Source: an uncultured Thermoleophilia bacterium
GTDB taxonomy: Bacteria; Actinomycetota; Thermoleophilia; UBA2241
DNA: 64,000 nucleotides
Direction: 5' to 3'
Assembly (NCBI GenBank): GCA_963702475.1
Contig: CAVPCT010000003.1
Span: forward strand, 960,001-1,024,000
The translations under genes were made by a program, and so were the position numbers. Positions 20,034 to 30,769 of this stretch are shown here, piece by piece. Under the pieces are notes generated by a model. That model ran no database searches, was not told the DNA's origin, and saw only the letters and a program-made list of their open reading frames with translations. How positions within the stretch are numbered: the stretch's first letter is position 1; each line of letters begins with the position of its first letter.

Positions 20034-21290
20034 CTACGCCTCGGCGCCCGGCCGCACCGCCATGTTGCGGTACACCTGCTCCATGTCCTCCGGCGTGAAC
20101 TTGCGCGGGTTGTTGTTCCACAGGCGCGCCTGCGTCTTGGCGCCCTCCACGAGGTCGGGGATCGCCGACTCGGGGATGCCGACGTCGCTGAGGTACTGTG
20201 GCACGCTCAGGTCGTCGGCCAGCTGGCGCAGGGCGCAGACGGTCTTGTCCGCGGCCTCGCGGTCGGAGAGGCCGTTCAAGTTCTCGCCCATCGCCTCGCC
20301 GAACTGGCGGAACCAGCGCAGGCAGGCGAGCTTGTTGAAGTCCATGGCCCACGGCAGCACCATGGTGTTGGCGACGCCGTGCGGCACGTGGAACATGCCG
20401 CCGATCGGGTACGACAGCGCGTGGACGGCGCCCACGCCGGCGTTGCCGAAGGCGATGCCGCCCATCATCGAGCCCATCGCCATGTTGTCGCGCGCCCACA
20501 TGTTGCCGCCGTCGTACACGGCCGTGCGGATGCTCTGGCTGATCAGCTTGATGCCCTCGTAGGCGAGCGAGTCGGTGTGCATGGTCGCGTTCACCGAGAT
20601 GTAGGCCTCGATGTTGTGGATGAGGGCGTCCATGCCGGAGGCAGCGGTCACGTTGGGCGGGCAGCTCACGGTCAGGCTGGGATCGATGAGCGCCACGTTG
20701 GGCATGAGGAAGGGGCTCACGAGGCCCTGCTTCACGTTGAGCTTCTCGTTGGCGAAGATCGCGATGGCGGTGCACTCGGAGCCGGTGCCGGCAGTCGTGG
20801 GGATGGCGACGATCGGCAGGCCCTTCTTCTTGACCTGGTCGATGCCCACGTAGTCGTACACGGTGTCGCCGGTGTGGGGAAGCACCGCCGCGGCCTTGGC
20901 GACGTCGATCGGTGACCCGCCGCCGAACCCGACGATGAGGTCGTAGCCGCCCTGTTCGACGATGCGCACGATCTCCTCGATGGTGGACATCGGCGGCTCG
21001 GGCACGGCCTTGTCGTAGAAGTCGACCTCGAGGCCGGCCTCGCGCAGCGGCCGTTCGACGTCGATGCACATGCCGCAGTCGCTCACGCCCTGGTCGGTGA
21101 TGACGAGGACCTTGGAGCCGTTGAGCTTCCTGGCCTCGATCCCGAGCTGCTCGACGGCGCCCACGCCGGTGATGAGGGTCTTCGGCTGGCGGTGGATGCG
21201 CATCTTGCGCTCCACGCGCCGCAGCTCCTGCGGCTGGCCGTTCGCGGACGAGATGACGCGCGGTTCGGGCTCGTTGTGCACGTGGTCCAT
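20034..21290 (-). CDS. Iron-containing alcohol dehydrogenase (4-hydroxybutyrate dehydrogenase candidate)
   Basis: GGGSPIDVAK, PTTAGTGSE, DALIHNIEA, VHALSY, PHG. Last gene of the abfD operon. Confidence 0.88.
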   Translation of the reverse strand: MDHVHNEPEPRVISSANGQPQELRRVERKMRIHRQPKTLITGVGAVEQLGIEARKLNGSKVLVITDQGVSDCGMCIDVERPLREAGLEVDFYDKAVPEPPMSTIEEIVRIVEQGGYDLIVGFGGGSPIDVAKAAAVLPHTGDTVYDYVGIDQVKKKGLPIVAIPTTAGTGSECTAIAIFANEKLNVKQGLVSPFLMPNVALIDPSLTVSCPPNVTAASGMDALIHNIEAYISVNATMHTDSLAYEGIKLISQSIRTAVYDGGNMWARDNMAMGSMMGGIAFGNAGVGAVHALSYPIGGMFHVPHGVANTMVLPWAMDFNKLACLRWFRQFGEAMGENLNGLSDREAADKTVCALRQLADDLSVPQYLSDVGIPESAIPDLVEGAKTQARLWNNNPRKFTPEDMEQVYRNMAVRPGAEA

Positions 21291-21296
21291 GGTTCC

Positions 21297-22628
21297 TCAG
21301 CTCTCCTTGGTGAGCGGTTGACGGGCGAGGCGGCCCGGCCCGTAGACCGCGGCCGCCTCCTCCCGGATCTGGTCGCGGAACGCCGGATCGGCGATCTCGA
21401 TGAGCGCCTCGGCGCGCTCGCGCAGGCCGAGGCCGCGCAGGTGAGCGACGCCGTGCTCGGTGACGATGTAGTCCACGTCGGCGCGCATCGTCGTCACGGC
21501 GGTGCCGGGGGAGAGGGCGGCGACGATGCGGGAGACGGCGCCCTTCTTCGCCGTGCTCGGCAAGGCGATGATCGCCTTGCCGTCGCGGCTGCGGGCGGCG
21601 CCCCGCACGAAATCCACCTGGCCGCCGATGCCGGTGAACTGCCTGGCGCCCATCGAGTCGGCCACCACCTGGCCCATGACGTCCACCTGGATGGCCGAGT
21701 TGATGGCCACCACGCGGTCGTTCTGGCCGATGACGTACGGGTCGTTGACCCAGTTCACCGGGTACATGTTCACGGCCGGGTTGTCGTCGACGAAGTCGTA
21801 CAGGCGGCGCGTGCCCATCAGGAAGGTCGCCGTCATCTTGCCGCGGTTCACGGCCTTGTTCAGGTTCGTGATGACGCCCTCGTTGTAGAGATCCACGACG
21901 CCCTCGCTGAACATCTCCGTGTGGATGCCCAGGTCGTTCTTCTCGTGCAGGAACGCGAGCACGGCGTCGGGGATCCCGCCGATCCCCAGCTGCAGGCAGG
22001 CGCCGTCACCGATGAGCCCGGCGATGTGGCGGCCGATGGCCTCCTCGACGGGGCCTATGCTCGGCGGCTGCAGCTCGATGATGTCCTGGTCGCTCTCGAC
22101 CACGCGGTCGATCTCGGCGACATGGATGAACGAGTCGCCGTGGGTGCGGGGCATCTTGGGGTTCACCTGGGCGACCACCGTCTTCGCCACCTGCGCCGCC
22201 GGCTTGGTGTAGTCGACAGAGATGCCGAACGAGCAGAACCCGTGGGTGTCGGGCGGAGACACGTGGATCAGAACGACGTCGGGCGGTAGATACCCCTCGC
22301 AGAAGAGCTTGGGGATGTCGTGGAAGAAGACGGGGACGTAGTCGCCGCGGCCGTCCTTGACCGCATCGCGTGACGAGGCGCCGACGAACAGCGACTTGTG
22401 GAAGAACGAGTCCGCGTACTCGGGGGTCGCGTATTCACCCTTGCCCATCGCGACCATGTGGTTGATCTCGACGTCCTCGAGCTCGCCCGCGCGCGCCACG
22501 AGTGCGTCGACCAGGTCGAGCGGCTCGCCGCAGGCGTGCGCGAACACCACTCGGTCGCCCGACTTCACGCAACGCATGGCCTCCGCGGCCGTGGTGCGTT
22601 TGCGCTCGTACTCGCTCCTCCAGTCCAT
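21297..22628 (-). CDS. Acetyl-CoA hydrolase/transferase family, 4-hydroxybutyrate CoA-transferase-like
   Basis: LQLGIGGIPDA, HTEMF, GIGGQVDFVRGA, VTEHG. Confidence 0.9.
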   Translation of the reverse strand: MDWRSEYERKRTTAAEAMRCVKSGDRVVFAHACGEPLDLVDALVARAGELEDVEINHMVAMGKGEYATPEYADSFFHKSLFVGASSRDAVKDGRGDYVPVFFHDIPKLFCEGYLPPDVVLIHVSPPDTHGFCSFGISVDYTKPAAQVAKTVVAQVNPKMPRTHGDSFIHVAEIDRVVESDQDIIELQPPSIGPVEEAIGRHIAGLIGDGACLQLGIGGIPDAVLAFLHEKNDLGIHTEMFSEGVVDLYNEGVITNLNKAVNRGKMTATFLMGTRRLYDFVDDNPAVNMYPVNWVNDPYVIGQNDRVVAINSAIQVDVMGQVVADSMGARQFTGIGGQVDFVRGAARSRDGKAIIALPSTAKKGAVSRIVAALSPGTAVTTMRADVDYIVTEHGVAHLRGLGLRERAEALIEIADPAFRDQIREEAAAVYGPGRLARQPLTKES

Positions 22629-22633
22629 CTGCG

Positions 22634-22951
22634 TCACTCCTTGAGCTTGCGTGTCACGGTCGCGGCGATCGCGGCAGCGGGCGTCGGCACGCCGTCGACC
22701 AGCTCGCCGGCCACCACGACGACAGGTCCGTCGTCGCCGGCGCGCCCGGCGCTCTCGCCGGCGCCCGTCAGTCTGTGTCCCGACGCGCACGCGCGAGGGC
22801 AGCCGCTGAGCCTGACGCTCGCGCGCGACGGTACGTCGGGGTCGTCCAGGGGCAGCTCTTCCGCCACCGCCGTGCGGTCGATGTGCGGGTTGCAGCCGCC
22901 GCAGAACACGACCTCCGCCCGTGCGGGCGAGGTCTGCGCTTCGTCCGCCAT
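22634..22951 (-). CDS. Small Cys-motif protein (CGGCNP...GCxxAC)
   Basis: FCGGCNPHIDR and LSGCPRACA. Tight spacing inside the operon. Confidence 0.7.
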   Translation of the reverse strand: MADEAQTSPARAEVVFCGGCNPHIDRTAVAEELPLDDPDVPSRASVRLSGCPRACASGHRLTGAGESAGRAGDDGPVVVVAGELVDGVPTPAAAIAATVTRKLKE

Positions 22952-22976
22952 CGTCGGTCCGTCGCTCTTCCGCGCC

Positions 22977-24476
22977 TCAGCCGGCGTCGATCGCTGTCGG
23001 CGTCTTGACCCTGCTCCTGTCCCACGGCCTGCCGACCTCGGCGATCGCCTTCGCCAGCTCCTTCTTGTGGTCCAGGTTGGACTGGCGCGAGATCATGATG
23101 CGCTGCGCCTGCGGCGAGCCGGCGCCGTGCATGGACTCCGTCCGGTAGCCGACGGCCCCGGCCCCAAGGGTCAGGTTCTCGATGAGTCTGAGCACGCGCA
23201 TGCGGTCGATGGTCGGTGTGTCGCACTGACCCGCGAGGAACTTCTCCACGATGGGGCCGATCTTCTCGTCGGCCAGGTCCTGCGCCGACGGCATGGTCAC
23301 CATGAGCCCGCCGGCGATGTCCTCGGCGAGACGCGCTATCTCGTAGGGGAAGCGCGTCACGTTCTGCTTGCACACGTTGGCGAGCAGCATGTCGATCTGG
23401 TAGTTGCCGGCCGGCATCTGCACGCCCTCGTAGGAGCAGGCCAGCCCGCAGCTGAACAGCGTCTCGTTCAGGTGCGTCATCTCGATGATCTTGTCCTTGA
23501 CGTGGCTGGCCCGGGCGACGCCGTTGTAGTCGGCGGCCAGCGCGGCGGCGCCGATGAGCACGTCGCCGACGCCGGTCTTGCAGCCCCCGTAGCTCTGGCG
23601 GTGGAAGCCGGCGAAGCGCTCCACGAGCGCGCCGGAGAACTCGATCTCGCCGCACAGGTATACGCGCTCCCAGGGCACGAAGACGTCGTCGAAGATCATG
23701 AGGGCCTCCTGGCCGCCGTACCGCATGTTGCCGACGTCCAGGTCGCTCTCCTCGAGCTTGCGCGTGTCGCAGCTCTGCCGCCCGTAGATGTAGGAGATGC
23801 CGGGGGCGTTCGCCGGGCAGCTGAAGCTCACGGCGAAGTCCTCGTCGCCCTCGCGCATGGCGACGGTGGGCATGACCACGACCTCGTGCGAGTTGCAGGC
23901 GCCGGTCTGGTGCGCCTTGGCGCCGCGCACCACGATGCCGTCGGCGCGGCGCTCCACGACGTGCAGGTACACGTCGGGGTCGGGCTGCTGGTGCGGCGGC
24001 AGGCTGCGGTCGCCCTTGGGGTCGGTCATGGCCCCGTCGGCGACAAGGTCGTTGTCCTGCAGAAAGCGCACGTACTCCTTGAAGCGCCTGTGATACTCCG
24101 TGCCCCTGGCATGGTCGGTCTCGTAGGTCACCGAGTACAACGCGTTGATGGCGTCCATGCCGACGCAGCGCTGGAAGCACGAGCCGGTCTTCTGCCCCAG
24201 CAACCGCTGCATCTTGACCTTCTTGGCGAGGTCCTCCGTCGACTGGTGGATGTGCGTGAATCGGTTGACCCGCTCGCCGCTCAGGTGGCTCGTCGCCAGC
24301 ATGAGGTCGGCGTATTCCGGCTGTCGGGCCAGCTCGTAGGTCATGGCGATGCAGTTGATGCTGGGGCGGATCACGGGGTGCTCGACGTAGTCGTCGACCT
24401 TCTCCCCGAAGAGGTAGATCTGCAGGTGCAGGTCCGCGATGCTCTGGATGAACTCCTCGGGCGTCCTGAGAGCCAT
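22977..24476 (-). CDS. abfD: 4-hydroxybutyryl-CoA dehydratase / vinylacetyl-CoA isomerase (AbfD-like)
   Basis: SCFQRCVGMDA, AMTDPKGDR, HRQSYGGCKTG, ESMHGAGSPQAQ. Confidence 0.9.
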   Translation of the reverse strand: MALRTPEEFIQSIADLHLQIYLFGEKVDDYVEHPVIRPSINCIAMTYELARQPEYADLMLATSHLSGERVNRFTHIHQSTEDLAKKVKMQRLLGQKTGSCFQRCVGMDAINALYSVTYETDHARGTEYHRRFKEYVRFLQDNDLVADGAMTDPKGDRSLPPHQQPDPDVYLHVVERRADGIVVRGAKAHQTGACNSHEVVVMPTVAMREGDEDFAVSFSCPANAPGISYIYGRQSCDTRKLEESDLDVGNMRYGGQEALMIFDDVFVPWERVYLCGEIEFSGALVERFAGFHRQSYGGCKTGVGDVLIGAAALAADYNGVARASHVKDKIIEMTHLNETLFSCGLACSYEGVQMPAGNYQIDMLLANVCKQNVTRFPYEIARLAEDIAGGLMVTMPSAQDLADEKIGPIVEKFLAGQCDTPTIDRMRVLRLIENLTLGAGAVGYRTESMHGAGSPQAQRIMISRQSNLDHKKELAKAIAEVGRPWDRSRVKTPTAIDAG

Positions 24477-24590
24477 CGGTGCCACTCCTTCCCGGCGCCC
24501 ATCGGCGGTGGGCGCAGCGCTGGCCGTGCGGGCGTGGGCGCGCCGATTGGCGGGGGCGCCCACGCGCTCCATTTCACAAGCGGTAGCTCG

Positions 24591-24619
24591 ACTATAGGAG
24601 CGGCGTGCGACCTCGTCAA
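24591..24619 (-). promoter_or_regulatory. SigA-type promoter of the abfD operon
   Basis: Minus strand TTGACG-17 nt-TATAGT. Confidence 0.7.
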
Positions 24620-24958
24620 TTTGTCGGGACAAGGGGACGAGACTCCCCTATGACTTTGGACGCACTGTATAAGTACCCGGAGTTCCAGAGGCTCCGGGGT
24701 GTCTCGGCGGCCGCCGGCACCTCGGAGCCGGCGGCCCGCCTCCGTCAGCTCGCCGTCACGCTGCGCGCCGCTCCACTCTGTACCACTTGGCCCATGTTCC
24801 TCGGCCAATTTTGGCCCATGTGGTGACTGCGGGGTGGCAGGCGGCGGCATATACTCGCGGCGCCTCGCCCAACGACGTGCGCAGGACCCTCTTCGCGCGC
24901 GTTGCTCAGGCGGGCCCTATGCATCGTCCAGACCCGAGTCGCCCAGTGGAGGCACTAC

Positions 24959-26320
<1,362 letters not shown>

Positions 26321-26406
26321 CGCACGGGCGGGAAGGAACAGGCGCAGGCAGACCGGAGAGCACATCCCGTCGCGAGGACGGCGGCGGGCCGAAAGGAGCG
26401 GCGAGC

Positions 26407-26748
26407 ATGAAGAAGATCGAGTGCTACATCCAGCCCTACAACCTCGACATGGTGGCCGAGGCATTGGCCGTCGGGGGCGTGGTGGGCATGTCCGTGGCCG
26501 AGGTCAAGGGCTTCGGTGTACAGCGCGGCTTCACCCGCGGTGAAGAGGTGCAGCCTGGCCAGTACAGGTTCCATCCCAAGATGAAGGTCGAGATGGTCGT
26601 CCCCGACAGCGACGTGGAGCGCATCGTCGACGCCATCGAGGCTTCGCTCAAGAGCAACCAGATCGGCGAGGGCAAGATCTTCGTCCTCCCTGTGGACGAG
26701 GCCGTCCGCACGCGCACCAACGAGCGCGGCGAGGACGCCATCAGGTGA
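26407..26748 (+). CDS. P-II family signal transduction protein with a divergent T-loop
   Basis: MKKIE...VKGFG.Q.G...PKMKVE...GEGKIFVLPV...RT.ERG. Confidence 0.9.
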   Translation: MKKIECYIQPYNLDMVAEALAVGGVVGMSVAEVKGFGVQRGFTRGEEVQPGQYRFHPKMKVEMVVPDSDVERIVDAIEASLKSNQIGEGKIFVLPVDEAVRTRTNERGEDAIR

Positions 26749-27042
26749 CAGGTCACCGGGGCGCGGGCGGGGCCGCCGAGGCGGCTTCTCCCGCGCCCCG
26801 GCGCATGCCCACCCTCCGCCCGCCGGGCCCCGTTCAGGCGCGCGAGCCGGCGTTGGCTTCGTTGCGGCACTCGATTCGGCACGGTACTTCTTCACGCGCG
26901 CGAGGGCGCGCGACCCCAACTGCCGCCGTGCCGGCGTCCGCTCGTCGGCTCCGCCGTGAGGCGTTGCGGACCGCTCCCTCAGGCTCCGACGCCGTCGCTT
27001 TCTCCGGTGTTCAGACGGTGTGAAGGAATTCGCCGTCTCGTG

Positions 27043-27559
27043 TTGCGCCGACGAACACCAGAGGGTAGAGTGCCTCAACGGGTCGGGCCGCAAGGCCTGC
27101 CCACGCAGGGAGGGGATGCAAAGGTTTCCCCCTCGATCGGCGTTCCTAGTGTGTCGCACCAAGGAGGTGACTGCTACTGCCGGAGAAGGAAGCACGAGGC
27201 TCGCGTCGTAGAGAGACACCTGACAGAGTCGATCTGGAGGTCGCTCGACCTTGAGAACCCCCCTACCGACCATCCATACAGTCCACGTTCACGGGGTCAT
27301 ACTGGACTCGCCCAACGTGCGCGTTATAGAGTCTTCACCTGTGTGGAGTCAGTCAACAAGGGGGCGCGCCGGCTGTTCGTGCAGCGACAGGCGGAGCGTC
27401 AAAGCGGGTCAGGCATGACCCCGACTCAGGCGGGAAGTGCTCTGCAAGCGAGCCTAGGAGGTGGTCGTGTCGTGAAAAACACATGCGTCCCCGTGGGTGC
27501 GTCATCCCACGTCAGCTTGGCTCAAAGCCATCGTGTTGAACCATTCAGGAGGTCGTAAC
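27043..27559 (+). promoter_or_regulatory. Promoter and long structured 5' UTR of the large surface protein gene
   Basis: TTGCGC-17-TAGAGT (27043-27071), GCAA-tetraloop hairpin at 27080-27102, four GGAGG(T) motifs. Confidence 0.55.
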
Positions 27560-30500
27560 ATGCAGCAACCGAAACGTCGGAGTAAGAGAGGAGTGATCCT
27601 CCTTGCGGTGGTGGTGGCCCTGCTCGTCATGGCCGTGCTGCCTGCGTCTGCGTTCGCCGTCGACAACACCGCAATCGTCAATGACGGCGCCCCAGTCGCG
27701 AACGATCTCACCGTGAAGTTCACGTACGCTTCAGCGAGCGCTACCGCCAACTGGGTGTCCTTCTGGGTGCGCGGCCGCCACGGTCCGGCCGGTGCCTGGA
27801 CCGTCTGGACTCAGGCCAAGGTCTCGGGTTCGACCGACGTCTACTACGCGTACCCGAACGGTACGACGCAGTCCAAGATGGTCAGGCTCCCGAACATCGC
27901 CGGCTTCTGGGCGGACGGCGACCAGTTCCAGGTCGCGGCCGAGTTCTACAGCGGAATCCCAATCATCGTCGGCTGGGTGGAGTCGCAGGTCGTGACGCTC
28001 GACTTCAACGGTCCGCCCGTGTCTGTTCTCGAGCTCGATGCGTGGGCCGGGTGGCATCCCGGTCGCGGTGGCATCCTCTGGACGAACGGCGACGATGCCC
28101 TGCACGGTCCGGGTGACGTCTGGGGTACCTTCGGCCAGAAGTGGAACGCCCCCATGGGCACCACGCACTGGGTCGTCACCAAGAACAACGACGCGTCTGT
28201 GGTCAAGACCCCCATCACGTGGGTCCCTTGGGGCACTCCCTACACCAGTTCGGTCAACGACAAGGTGCTCGTCGAGGAGCCCAACCCGAACGCTCTGCTC
28301 AATCCCAAGCCGAGGTACTCGGCTGACGGCGTGTACCAGATCCAGCATTGGGCCGTCGACATGTTCGGCCAGCGGCAGGTCACCGACAGCTACGACACGT
28401 TCGGGTACGACACCAAGTCCCCGTACGTCGTCTGGCAGTGGCCCGCCACCACCACCGGTTACTACACCGGCAACATCGCGGTCATGGGCGACATCATCGA
28501 CGACGGCGGCTCCGGCGTGGCCGGGTACTTCGCCTGGGCGCCCTTCGCCCCCACCGATCAGATGCCCGTCCACTTCAGCCCCAAGGCTGTCGTGATGTGG
28601 AAGAGCGCAGAGACCGGCGGTGAGTGGATGCCGTGGGAGAACTGGAGCACCACCAATATCGTCTCCCAGCAGAAGCCTCTCAAGGTCCAGATCAACGCGT
28701 TCGACCACTACAGCTGGCACATCAGCGGCGAGATCTGGGTCAAGCCGTACTACAACGCGGAGTACGCTGTCTGGGTCACCGGCGGCGACTACGCCGGCAA
28801 CGACGGCTTCCCGCTTCATGACTGGCTCCTGGCCGAGGCTCCGAAGGCCGCCCAGGCCAAGGGTGCCGACGCCGGCGAGAACACCATCGGCTGGGGCATC
28901 CCGGGTCAGGGCGTCGTCGTCGTCGACAACATGGCGCCGAGCACCATCATGAGCTGGGTCGACCCCGCCAGCGCCTCCAGTGCTGTCGTGACGGCGAACG
29001 GCATCGGCACCTGGACCAACAAGGAAGTCACCCTCAACTTCGTCGCCAGTGATACCGGCGGTTCCGGCATCGGCTCCGGGGTGGACTACACCGAGTACAT
29101 CGTCGGCCACTCCGCCACCACCCCGCCGGTCCTCAGCGCCAGCGGCACCAAGGGCACTTCTGTCACCATCAAGGATCCGGCTCCTACGGGTCCGGTCTAC
29201 GTGTGGTTCCGCTCGGTCGACAAGGTCGGCAATAGGGAAGCCTGGAACCTGTCGTGGGTCTACTTCGACAACAAGGGCCCTGTGCTCAGCATCGGCGGCA
29301 ACGCTCCTTGGTACAACGACGAGTTCTCCGTCGTGCTGAGCGCCACCGACGCCAACTCCAAGCTCGCTGCTCCTGGCATCGAGTACCAGGTCCCCGGCTG
29401 GCCCATGCCGTGGCTGCTCCCGCACTCGGGCACGCTCATCCCGACCGTGTGGACCCCGCTGAGCCAGAACCCCGGCACCGTGTGGTTCCCGGTCGATGCG
29501 TATCCGAACAGCCGCACCGACGGCATGTGGCAGCTGCAGTTCCGCGCTACCGACCAGGCCAAGAACGCGGCTGAGTCCACCACCCAGACCGTCAAGATCG
29601 ACACCCGTCCGCCCGCGACCGCCGGTGCTGCCACCTACGGTCAGGAGATGTGGTACAACGGCACCAAGCCGTACCAGCTGATCGCCACCGACCAGAATCC
29701 TGGCGCCGGCGTGAAGGTGACTTGGTACCGCGTCGATCAGGGCACGCCGTGGAAGGCCAACGTGACCACGAGCACTGCGCCTGTGGTCCTCACGACAGAC
29801 GTGAGCATCGGCACTCCTGCCCAGGGTTCGGTCCACACGGTCGACTTCTTCTCGATCGACAACGCGACCAACCCGGCGGGCATCGCGGCCGCGAAGCAGA
29901 CCCCGAACCCGATCCCCTATCCTGGCAACTGGGAGAAGGGCGTCGTCGTGGGGTGGGCTCCGATCCCGCTTCATCCGTACATCAACATCACGTCCGTGAC
30001 CGCCTACAAGAGCACCACCATCAAGGCCGACGTCACGGCTCCGGCGGTCACCGCCATGGATCCGAAGAACGGCAACTGGCAGAAGCCGCTCGCTACCGTG
30101 AACTTCGCGGGCACCGACGTCGGCTCCGGCTACAACCACACTGAGTGGAGCACCGACGGCGGCACCACCTGGACCAAGGGTGAGCAGGCCCAGGTCGGCG
30201 GCGACGGCGAGATCACCATCACCTACCGCGGTGTCGACAACGTCGGCCTCATGTCGGCGAACCAGACCATCGTGGTCAAGGTCGCCAGCACCCCGCCGAC
30301 CGTGACGGCTCAGAACGCGAGGGCGAGGGCCGGGAAGCTCTGGAAGAACCCGACCATCACCTTCAACATCACCGCCGTGACGCCGAAGGCCACCGCGGTC
30401 ATGCAGATCCGCACGCTGAACGGCCAGCACCATCAGCACGCACCAGTACGCGAATGTGCCGACCGGTGTCGACGTCAGCAGGACGTTCACCATGACCACT

Positions 30501-30603
30501 GCCGCTGAAGGCTGGCAAGTACAACATCCGCGTCGGCGCCATCGATGAGGCCGGCAACGTGGAAACCAAGCGTGGTACTGCCAAGCTGACGGTCACCAAG
30601 TAA
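27560..30603 (+). CDS. Large secreted multi-Ig-like repeat surface protein (S-layer candidate). Two apparent +1 frameshifts near 30428 and 30498
   Basis: Sec signal ending ASAFA, about seven DxxxP/D.xGN modules, C-terminus LKAGKYNIRVGAIDEAGN...KLTVTK* recovered after frame correction. Confidence 0.8.
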
Positions 30604-30636
30604 GTCACGACCGCCTTCATTCGAAGGCAGCTGCAG

Positions 30637-30669
30637 TGGGCGGGGCGCCGAAAGGCGCCCCGCCCATTT
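30637..30669 (+). terminator. Intrinsic terminator
   Basis: TGGGCGGGGCGCC-GAAA-GGCGCCCCGCCCA-TTT. Confidence 0.85.
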
Positions 30670-30769
30670 AACGTTCCTGTAGGTGGTGCGGGTCTGACGA
30701 CCTGGCGGCGGCGTACAAGGCGAAGCGGTCCGCCGCCGGAGCAGCACGGCGAGTGTGAGGAGGCGGCTC

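Noticed and set aside
24563-24580. Rex operator near the abfD promoter
   Set aside because: Only one TTGTGAA half-site, with no matching second arm.
26750-27559. tRNA, tmRNA, RNase P, SRP or c-di-GMP riboswitch in the long intergenic region
   Set aside because: No T-loop/CCA, GAGGAAAGUCC or SRP core was found. GGGATGCAAAG resembles part of c-di-GMP-I, but the GCAAAC/GAAA P2 elements are missing.
27731-30499. Long antisense ORF (922 aa) and many similar overlapping ORFs in the track
   Set aside because: Shadow frames of high-GC coding genes with no recognisable motifs.
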